DNA of 55,772 nt. Source: an uncultured Candidatus Saccharibacteria bacterium. GTDB taxonomy: Bacteria; Patescibacteriota; Minisyncoccia; Phycocordibacterales; Phycocordibacteraceae. The notes under the pieces were generated by a model. That model saw nothing but the letters and a program-made list of their open reading frames with translations. It did not search any database and was not told the origin of the DNA. The translations under genes were made by a program, and so were the position numbers. The stretch is taken from positions 1-55,772 of the forward strand of contig CAZJZB010000005.1 of NCBI GenBank assembly GCA_964550425.1. The letters are read 5' to 3'. Below, piece by piece: positions 1 through 6,601 of the stretch (within the stretch, counting starts at the first letter, position 1; each line of letters begins with the position of its first letter).

Positions 1-3000
1 AGCGTTTGAATACAGGAGGCGGTTGGCGTTGATGGAGGAGAGGCCGGTGCCGCCGGAGGAGACCGGGAGCGCAGTGGTGAAGCTGGCGGATGCGGCAGAG
101 AGTGCGCCGCTAATGGAGGCAGTACCGGTAGCGGTGAGGTTCGCAAGAGATAGATTGCCGGAGAAGTATCCGTTGCCGTGCACCGAGAGGAGTGATGATG
201 GGCTCGTCGTCCCGATACCGACGTTGCCGCCGAGCGTGGCGAAGTACGCGGAGCCGGTAGAACCGATTTGTGTCGTGGAAGCATTGCCAAGCGTGGTGAG
301 ACCGGTGACGTTGAGGGTGGAGGTGGCGGTGAGTGCTCCGCCGAAGAAAGAGGAGCCGCTGGTGTAGAGGTTGCCTTGGACGGAGAGGAGTTGTGAAGGA
401 GAGGTGGTGCCGATGCCGACATTACCGCTTATTATCATATTCCCTGCGCCAGCATCTGTACCAACATAACTATTACCAAGCGATAAACCTCCCGTTGCAC
501 TTAAACGCATTCTCTCGTTTGTTGCTCCTACTCCATTTGTGGCGAAACGAATCGGATTAGAACCCAACGTAATCATGTTGAGACCGCCGACATCGGAAAT
601 CATGTATCCCTGATTAACTATAAGGCCATTGGTGTTTGTTGTTCCGCCTACACCAAATTCAACCCATCCAGTTCCAGCCAGACCACTGTCATTAAATGCG
701 CGATACCCTGCGGCCCCACTTGCGGAAGAATTTACTATTGCTGTGTATGAAGTTTCAGAGGCTTTAGACCCAGTGATTACCATTGGGATACTCACATTGC
801 TTGTGCTAATTGTTACCGTATTCTCAGTTTGGGAATTTTTTAATTCAAGAACCGAGTCCAGATTTCCGTTGCCTCTCCCGACTGCGAAAGCCAACTTTCC
901 ATTTACATTGTTAGAAGAAATGGAATCGACCACATATCGTATATCCGCAATATTTAAGAATTTAGAACCTTCATAAGCATTCGCACCGAACTCGCCCACA
1001 ATATCATTGGCCACCGATATTGTGGGGCTGGCCAGTGTCCCGCGAGAACCGAAAAGGGCCACATATGGGTAGACGGATGTCCCAGCCGTCTGCGCGTTCC
1101 AACCAGCAAAATTTGATTCTCTACGTATTATCGCGTCCATCGGGGCAGTCACATTGAACGTAGTAATTGGTGCCAAATTTGTACCGTTGCCCACAAGGAT
1201 AGCCGGAAGCGTGAGAGAGTCTCCAGCGTCCACCTGCAGTTTTGCCGCAGGACTCGTGGTGCCGATGCCGACGTTGCCGGTCGGATTGATGTAGAGCGAG
1301 CCAGCCGGAGCGCCCTGATTCACTGTGAAGGCGGTGTTGTGCGCGACGATACCGCCGAAGGCGTACTCGCCTTCGGCGGGAACTTGGAACTTGGAACTTA
1401 GTTCTTGGACGAGCCCCGATGCAAACTCGCGGAGAGAGCGCGTACCTGCCGCATCAAGGCGAGCGAGCGAGAGCGCAAGCTGTTGTACGAGTCCGTCTTC
1501 AACATCCCGAGATCTCTCGCGAGAGTCAGTGTCGTCAGCGTCTCGTTCAACGATCCGAGCGATATTGTCAAAAATCGCGCGAAGTCCGTCTTGCTCTGCC
1601 TGCCCTGCCCCTCCGCGATGTTGAGTGGTACCGAGAGAACCGCGCGACGCAATTGGCTTATTATTCCGAATTGCTCCGACTTCGGAAACGCCAAAGAAAC
1701 TTTGTATACATCTCGCGAGAGTGTCATCGCTTCCTGCCAAACGCGCAGCTTTTCGTAGTTTGGTTGCAAGTTCGCATCTTCGTTCATTGCTATCAGTGTA
1801 TTCCGCTAAGCTCCAAGCTCCAAGCTCCAAGCTCTGTCGCAGGACAACAAGCTCTTCCTGCTCGGACGTGAGCGCAGTATTCGTCCGAGCGTCTATATAA
1901 TGTCCTGCGATGAAATTATGCGTGCCCTCTATTTCAACGTCATAGACATCTTCTTCAGCGACCGATTCGACGGAAACGATGCGGTCCCAAATGCCGCCGC
2001 CGTCCGCGGCGGCGGCGATTTCCATACCCTCTTTCAGCTCCGATACTTTGAGCCAGGAACCCTCGCCTGCGCGGACGTTATCCACACCAGTTTTGGAGAT
2101 GCTTGACAGCCCAAGCAGGTCGGCTATACTCGTATTACCTTTCTTCAAGACCCGCCCGCGAGGCGGGTTTTGCGTTACCGCATCACCTCCTATCAGAAGG
2201 CCGGATATGAATTTATTAAACAGACCGAGCGTCACGAATTTGCCAGCGGCGAGCAAAAGTTCACCTGATAGATACTTGCGGTCAGAAACAACAGTGACGT
2301 TCTTGCCGAGTTCGCGCAGGTGTTTTACCAACGGCACAAAGTCGCCATCACCGGAGAAAAGTACGAAGTTGTCATACTCATCTGAAAACTTAAGCGCGTC
2401 AGTTGCAATTTCGACATCAAAATTCGCTTTTGGTTGAAGAAGCCGCACTCCTATCATATCGAGTCGCTTGGCCTCGCGCAAAAGATTTGTACGAAGATTA
2501 ACGGGCAACGCTTCAATCCAGCGACGATTGAAAGGCTTCTGAAGTAAACCGAGAAAACTGATATTAAAATACTGGACGGGTTTTGTAACAACCGTGTAGC
2601 CGAAGGAGGTAATCTTTGCGAAGAATGAAGATGATTTTTCGTTACGTATATCAGTACCGTAATAGAAACGAATCGCCGTAATACCAGCGGCAAAGAGCGT
2701 ATCATAGAGCACTTCCAGATCAATAGTTCGATAACCGCGATCGCGATACCCAGCTTTTATATTCGCAAAGTCGATAAATGCTACAGAACGCGAAAGGCCA
2801 CGAGCGATGCTCGTAGCCTCTCCGTAGGCAGGACGAGATGCGAATCCAGCAGCAACCAACTTTTTAAGCCGGCTCGCATCTCTTTCCCCGTACTGTCCTC
2901 CAGTTCCTGGTAGACCAGAGTGAGCGGATCCAGGGTTGCCTTCACCGCCGGGAACATCTACTGCAACACGCCGCGCCAGATACGGATGATTCGCCGTGGT

Positions 3001-5838
3001 GCGGATTGACTTCCCCGAGGCCGTGGTGAGTTTGTACGTCTGCTTTGTGCCCATGTATGCGAGACGCTTCACTTTTGACCACACAAGCTCACCTGTTTTT
3101 TCATCAAGCGATTGAATCTCGTCACTTTCTTTAATATTGATGATTTCAACTTCGTCATACACATACACATCATCAGCGAAATATGCACGACCGGCATGAT
3201 ACACTCTACGCAAGCCGGCAGCTCGGTGCGGGATCAGGTTTGTCACTCTGTGTCCCGAGGGTTCGATTCCCTCTGCCGGCTTGATTAGGTTATCCACAGG
3301 ACCATTTTGCGTACTTGACGTGGAAAACCAGTTTGCTATACTCCCTTTGACAAACCTGGTCCATCCGCCCGAGTGGGACATACGAGGGGAATCGCCATCC
3401 GCAAGGGTGGCGGTTTCCTTTTCCGCTCCGTCTTTCGGTTCTTCATAGAATTCCCAACCGGCGTCTTCAAGGTCCTTCTTGCTGCGACGCCGCCGCAACT
3501 TCGTATCCCCCGTCACGCACTGCCCCGCGACGAAGCCGCCGGCGAAGGTGCTGGTTGCCGTCGTGGATGTTGCAAAGAAATTCTGGGCGACAACTTGGCC
3601 CGCGACCGAGAGCAGTGAGTACGGACTCGTCGTCCCGATGCCGACGTTGCCTCCGGTGGTGGCGAGGTACGTATTCCCTGTTACAGTAAGTTGCGTTGTT
3701 GAAGCATTGCTATTGAATTGTTGAAGCGCGGTCCATGTGTTTGCATTGCCGAGATTGAGCGAGAGGGTTGTCGCTGAACCGCCCACGAGTGCGCCAAGAG
3801 AACCAGAAGAAGAGAGCGAGGAACCGACCGCGACGGATGAGGTGGCGACTGTAGAGAAGTTTCCATAATGAAGCTGGTCGCTTGTGAAAGACGTTTGGCC
3901 GGTGCCGCCGTTCCCAACCGCGAGCGTGCCGGTGATGTCTGTCCCGAGATTAACGAGAGCGGTTGCGACGCTTCCTGCGGTCGCTTTGAGGAAGCCGGAG
4001 AGGTTAGCAATGGATAGATTGGAGGTGAAGAGATTTGAGGATGAGGCGGTTGTTGCGAAAAAGTTGGTTGTGGTTGCGTTTGTGGTCGTGCTGTTGATCG
4101 CGAGGAGGTTCGGAAACGTATTGTTTGCCGTGGTGGTCGCGGTGAAGTATGCTGCCACCGTTTCGCCAACAACCGACAATTTTGCGTATGGCGAGGTAGT
4201 GCCGATGCCGACGTTGCTTTCGGAGGAAATGCTGAGTGTGGAGGTTGCGGTCAGAGTCGTGCCGACGTATGAAAGTGTCTGGCCTGCCGTACCGGAAGGA
4301 AGAGAGCCGGAGGAAAGACAAGTGCCGTTGACGGCGTAGCATTGGTTGGCGGGAATGTTGATGCCGTTGCCATAGAAGGTGGTGGTGCCGGTGGTGAAGT
4401 TGGCGATGCCTTCGATGGAGAGGAGTGAGCCGGGGGTGGTGGTGCCGATGCCGACAGAGCCGTTCTCAAGTACGGTGAAGAGTGTTGTTGAAGCGGAGTT
4501 TACGAAATTGACGAGTTTAGTTGAGCCAGTGCCAGCACCCCAGACGGTTAGTTTTGCATACGGGGTGGTAGTGCCAATGCCAAGATTGGTCCCATCAAAA
4601 ATCAAATTCGAGCTGTTGGCAAACCCTGAACCGTCAAAGTACTCGACACCGTTTGTCACCCCGCCGGTAGTAGTGCCCGTACCGCCATTTGCAATAGGGA
4701 GTGCTAAGCCGCTGTATGAGACAGTGAACGTACCCGCTGATGTGATAGGAGAGCCCGAGACAGAAAGGAATGAGGGGACCGATATTCCAGCGGAAGTAAT
4801 ACCTGTGCTGATACCGCCGCTAACAATGACGGCTCTGCCGCCGGTAGCAGAAATAATCGGGTGCTCCGGTGTGCCCGTAATAGAAATATTCGTACCGGCA
4901 GTGATTGAGTTAATGACGTTTGATGCGAACACGCGACCAGAGCCAGCGTTGATATCGGAATTGCCAGTGTCGATGCCTCCGAGTGTCTGTAGGCGGCCGC
5001 TGAACACCGAGAAACCGAGGGTCCGTAACGCGCCGCCAATCGCTACCGACCCCGCGTTGATATTGGAATTGCTCGTGTCGATGCCTCCGAGTGTCTGCAG
5101 GCGGCCGCTGAACACTGAAGATCCCGAAACTTGGAATGAGCCGTTAATCGCGACCGGGGTATTGATACTGAGGAGAGTGGTGCTTGACGCGTTTTGCGCA
5201 CTGTTGATTTTGTTCACCAAAGGTAACCCTGAGTTTTTTGTACTGGTTGCGGCGACTAATTTTGAATCTGCCGCGGGTGGCGGGGAAGATGTATTCTCGT
5301 TTCCTAATGATCGTACCAGAGCAAGAAGAGATGCGAATGCGGTCTTTACACCGTCGATAGCGGAGACGGAAGAATGTATCAAAAGGGTTGATGCCTCGGA
5401 TAGAATACTCGCAGCACTTTGTGTCGATGCACTTACTGAGATCCGTTCAGGAATTAAAAGTGATTGAACCGTACTATTGACCGTACTGAAGTTTGTTGAA
5501 ACGCTTGCGACAACAGCGACAACAGTGAGAGTCATCGCGATTCTACCAAGGGTTAAGAAAGGGTGTCGAGCACCCATATTCTGACTTGATCGATCACCTT
5601 GGTATTCTATTTTACGTTTTTTCGATAGATCCTCATTCAGATTCTTATTCTGATCCTCTTGCAAATCAATAAATTTCTTAAATGAGAGCTCATCAACATA
5701 CCAGGAATTTCCAATTTTTTCTCCATCTACTTTCCCAAAACGACACATCCTTGATATGTAGTCGTTTGTATATCCTACTCGCCGAGCAAGTTCTTTGGAT
5801 GAAACTAACTGACGATTTAAAAGATTTTTGTTTTTCAT
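1..5838 (-). CDS. Giant surface/fibre-like protein (3'-partial, at least 1946 aa): N-terminal HTH, TM segment, S/T/G-rich GNVGIGTT repeats, contains an intein
   Basis: ATG at 5838. Manual triplet check found no stop down to base 1. Starts MKNKNLLNRQLVSSKELARRVGYTNDYISRMCRFGKVDGEKIGNSWYV; hydrophobic LTLGRIAMTLTVVAVVASV; seven xxVGIGTTxP-type repeats. Missing from the ORF track because no stop lies in the window. Confidence 0.95.
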   Translation of the reverse strand, partial: MKNKNLLNRQLVSSKELARRVGYTNDYISRMCRFGKVDGEKIGNSWYVDELSFKKFIDLQEDQNKNLNEDLSKKRKIEYQGDRSSQNMGARHPFLTLGRIAMTLTVVAVVASVSTNFSTVNSTVQSLLIPERISVSASTQSAASILSEASTLLIHSSVSAIDGVKTAFASLLALVRSLGNENTSSPPPAADSKLVAATSTKNSGLPLVNKINSAQNASSTTLLSINTPVAINGSFQVSGSSVFSGRLQTLGGIDTSNSNINAGSVAIGGALRTLGFSVFSGRLQTLGGIDTGNSDINAGSGRVFASNVINSITAGTNISITGTPEHPIISATGGRAVIVSGGISTGITSAGISVPSFLSVSGSPITSAGTFTVSYSGLALPIANGGTGTTTGGVTNGVEYFDGSGFANSSNLIFDGTNLGIGTTTPYAKLTVWGAGTGSTKLVNFVNSASTTLFTVLENGSVGIGTTTPGSLLSIEGIANFTTGTTTFYGNGINIPANQCYAVNGTCLSSGSLPSGTAGQTLSYVGTTLTATSTLSISSESNVGIGTTSPYAKLSVVGETVAAYFTATTTANNTFPNLLAINSTTTNATTTNFFATTASSSNLFTSNLSIANLSGFLKATAGSVATALVNLGTDITGTLAVGNGGTGQTSFTSDQLHYGNFSTVATSSVAVGSSLSSSGSLGALVGGSATTLSLNLGNANTWTALQQFNSNASTTQLTVTGNTYLATTGGNVGIGTTSPYSLLSVAGQVVAQNFFATSTTATSTFAGGFVAGQCVTGDTKLRRRRSKKDLEDAGWEFYEEPKDGAEKETATLADGDSPRMSHSGGWTRFVKGSIANWFSTSSTQNGPVDNLIKPAEGIEPSGHRVTNLIPHRAAGLRRVYHAGRAYFADDVYVYDEVEIINIKESDEIQSLDEKTGELVWSKVKRLAYMGTKQTYKLTTASGKSIRTTANHPYLARRVAVDVPGGEGNPGSAHSGLPGTGGQYGERDASRLKKLVAAGFASRPAYGEATSIARGLSRSVAFIDFANIKAGYRDRGYRTIDLEVLYDTLFAAGITAIRFYYGTDIRNEKSSSFFAKITSFGYTVVTKPVQYFNISFLGLLQKPFNRRWIEALPVNLRTNLLREAKRLDMIGVRLLQPKANFDVEIATDALKFSDEYDNFVLFSGDGDFVPLVKHLRELGKNVTVVSDRKYLSGELLLAAGKFVTLGLFNKFISGLLIGGDAVTQNPPRGRVLKKGNTSIADLLGLSSISKTGVDNVRAGEGSWLKVSELKEGMEIAAAADGGGIWDRIVSVESVAEEDVYDVEIEGTHNFIAGHYIDARTNTALTSEQEELVVLRQSLELGAWSLAEYTDSNERRCELATKLRKAARLAGSDDTLARCIQSFFGVSEVGAIRNNKPIASRGSLGTTQHRGGAGQAEQDGLRAIFDNIARIVERDADDTDSRERSRDVEDGLVQQLALSLARLDAAGTRSLREFASGLVQELSSKFQVPAEGEYAFGGIVAHNTAFTVNQGAPAGSLYINPTGNVGIGTTSPAAKLQVDAGDSLTLPAILVGNGTNLAPITTFNVTAPMDAIIRRESNFAGWNAQTAGTSVYPYVALFGSRGTLASPTISVANDIVGEFGANAYEGSKFLNIADIRYVVDSISSNNVNGKLAFAVGRGNGNLDSVLELKNSQTENTVTISTSNVSIPMVITGSKASETSYTAIVNSSASGAAGYRAFNDSGLAGTGWVEFGVGGTTNTNGLIVNQGYMISDVGGLNMITLGSNPIRFATNGVGATNERMRLSATGGLSLGNSYVGTDAGAGNMIISGNVGIGTTSPSQLLSVQGNLYTSGSSFFGGALTATSTLNVTGLTTLGNASTTQIGSTGSAYFATLGGNVGIGTTSPSSLLSVHGNGYFSGNLSLANLTATGTASISGALSAASASFTTALPVSSGGTGLSSINANRLLYSNA
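1352..1379. repeat. 28-bp palindrome (REP-like), family member 1
   Basis: ccgccgaaggcg-tact-cgccttcggcgg, perfect 12-bp stem; similar element at 54069-54096. Confidence 0.8.
1379..1401. repeat. Heptamer tandem array (GGAACTT)x3+AG, downstream arm of the stem enclosing the four-helix gene
   Basis: ggaacttggaacttggaacttag; inverted relative to 1806-1828. Confidence 0.9.
1398..1787 (-). CDS. Four helix bundle protein (23S rRNA IVS protein / Avd-like family), nested out of frame inside the intein
   Basis: YEKLRVWQEAM..FPKSEQFGIISQLRRAVLSVPLNIAEGQGR..FLTISLGSLNET is the family signature; own ATG and TAA. Confidence 0.92.
   Translation of the reverse strand: MNEDANLQPNYEKLRVWQEAMTLSRDVYKVSLAFPKSEQFGIISQLRRAVLSVPLNIAEGQGRQSKTDFARFLTISLGSLNETLTTLTLARDLGMLKTDSYNSLRSRSLALMRQVRALSASLHRGSSKN
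1806..1834. repeat. Heptamer tandem array (AAGCTCC)x~4, upstream arm of the stem
   Basis: ctaagctccaagctccaagctccaagctc; reverse complement of 1806-1828 matches 1379-1401 at 20/23. Confidence 0.9.
2078..2130 (+). promoter_or_regulatory. DnaA-box-like 9-mer plus sigma70-type promoter, antisense inside the intein (module A)
   Basis: TTATCCACA(2078-2086)-N16-TTGACA(2103-2108)-N16-TATACT(2125-2130). Confidence 0.7.
2146..2172 (+). terminator. Terminator-like hairpin of module A
   Basis: caagacccgcc-cgcga-ggcgggttttg; the G-U pair and GCGA loop favour the + strand. Confidence 0.6.
2224..2784 (-). other. NYN (LabA/DUF88, PIN-like RNase) domain in frame within the intein
   Basis: VAFIDFANI...RFYYG...KANFDVEIATDAL...FVLFSGDGDFVPLVKHLRELGKNVTVVS; the acidic catalytic motifs are present. 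Confidence 0.9.
3211..3283 (+). ncRNA. tRNA-like structure (acceptor stem plus T-arm, reduced D-arm, GTC-containing loop)
   Basis: caagccggca/tgccggcttg 10-bp stem stacked on GAGGG-TTCGATT-CCCTC; CAGG-TTTGTCAC-TCTG arm; TGaTACACT extended -10-like motif at 3197-3205. Confidence 0.55.
3290..3342 (+). promoter_or_regulatory. DnaA-box-like 9-mer plus sigma70-type promoter, antisense inside the intein (module B)
   Basis: TTATCCACA(3290-3298)-N16-TTGACG(3315-3320)-N16-TATACT(3337-3342), with extended TG; same spacing as module A. Confidence 0.72.
3348..3422 (+). ncRNA. Putative ~75-nt small RNA
   Basis: Lies between promoter B and an intrinsic terminator; 5' end is estimated. Confidence 0.5.
3387..3422 (+). 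terminator. Intrinsic terminator of module B
   Basis: gggaatcgccatcc-GCAA-gggtggcggtttcc-tttt; 14-bp stem with three G-U pairs valid only on the + strand; GNRA loop. Confidence 0.75.
4946..5115. repeat. Intragenic direct repeat, ~62 bp x2, period 108 nt
   Basis: 4946-5007 vs 5054-5115; encodes VFSGRLQTLGGIDTxNSxINAG twice. Confidence 0.85.
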
Positions 5839-5869
5839 CAGTGTCCAAAGAAACGAATTAACTATATAC

Positions 5870-6308
5870 TATCAGTATTTTATAGTTCGTCTGTGTAAAA
5901 TGTAAGATAGTTGTGGATAATAATAAATAAACACTTAATTTCCTTTTGAGTAGCTATAAACTTGTTGGTATTTGTTTGATAGCTAACTGGAGTAGTAAGC
6001 ACGGTATGAAAGTTTGTAATCATGGATTTAAGTAATACTAATCGGATTAAGAAAATATAATGACCATACCTAAATATGCAATAATTAATATAGTAAGCCA
6101 TATCTCATCTTGCACATATCGTCTACACGAGATGAGATATCCATATAAACATTGATTAAAATTGTTTTTACTACTGATACGGATTTGATTCTTACTATTT
6201 TATAGATATTGTTATGAATTTTTGTCTCGCGGATTAAAACTGAACCTGCGCAACATTATAGAAAGACGAACTGTCTATATAATATCAGTATTTTATAGTT
6301 CGTCTGTG
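5870..6308. repeat. 26-bp perfect direct repeat at both ends of an AT-rich intergenic region
   Basis: tatcagtattttatagttcgtctgtg at 5870-5895 and 6283-6308; DnaA-box-like TGTGGATAA at 5912-5920; 11-bp inverted repeat 6100-6110/6130-6140. Confidence 0.85.
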
Positions 6309-6337
6309 CAAAATAAGAATCCAGCTGAATTCCCTGA

Positions 6338-6601
6338 TTAGATATCACTATATATCTCTACTTTATTGTTTTTAACACTAAGAACGGCGGTCTTGTATCT
6401 AAATGTCTGATCTTCTTTCATTCTTGCTCGTATGACAATTGGCTCATTTTTTATCATGGTTACGAAATTGGCATGCCCCGGTAGAACATCAAACTGACCA
6501 GCACTATTTGCTGATGAGACGCTGTACGCCACCCCTTCCCAAATACGCTCCTCTGCATTACTAATTGACACCGCAAATTCTTCGACTTGCTGTTGCTTCA
6601 T
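6338..6601 (-). CDS. atpC: F1 ATPase epsilon-like subunit (N-terminal beta-sandwich only)
   Basis: GQFDVLPGHANFVT motif; follows atpD; 87 aa. Confidence 0.85.
   Translation of the reverse strand: MKQQQVEEFAVSISNAEERIWEGVAYSVSSANSAGQFDVLPGHANFVTMIKNEPIVIRARMKEDQTFRYKTAVLSVKNNKVEIYSDI

Larger units (their letters stand above)
1336..3519 (-). mobile_element. Intein (Hint domain), 728 aa, with three large insertions
   Basis: Block A GQ/CVTGDTKL; EVEIINIKESDEIQSLD; block B IRTTANHPYL; WLKVSELKEGMEIA; block F VYDVEIEGTHNFIAG; block G GIVAHN/T. All in the frame of the giant ORF. Confidence 0.93.

Noticed and set aside
1398-1787. Diversity-generating retroelement (Avd-like gene)
   Set aside because: No reverse transcriptase and no TR/VR pair with adenine-specific mismatches seen in the window.
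3211-3283. Canonical tRNA-Asp
   Set aside because: No proper D-arm and the anticodon stem does not pair in the 7-nt-loop register; kept only as tRNA-like.
1336-3519. Group I/II intron or several separate genes interrupting the surface gene
   Set aside because: The frame is continuously open with ordered intein motifs; no intron core motifs were recognised.
23-5467. + strand ORFs rich in V/P (e.g. 4379-5467, 3884-4339, 23-367)
   Set aside because: Antisense shadows of the giant minus-strand gene's repeats.
5880-6330. Replication origin, or the 73-aa ORF at 5880-6101
   Set aside because: Only one clear DnaA box and no dnaA/dnaN nearby; the ORF looks like AT-rich noise.
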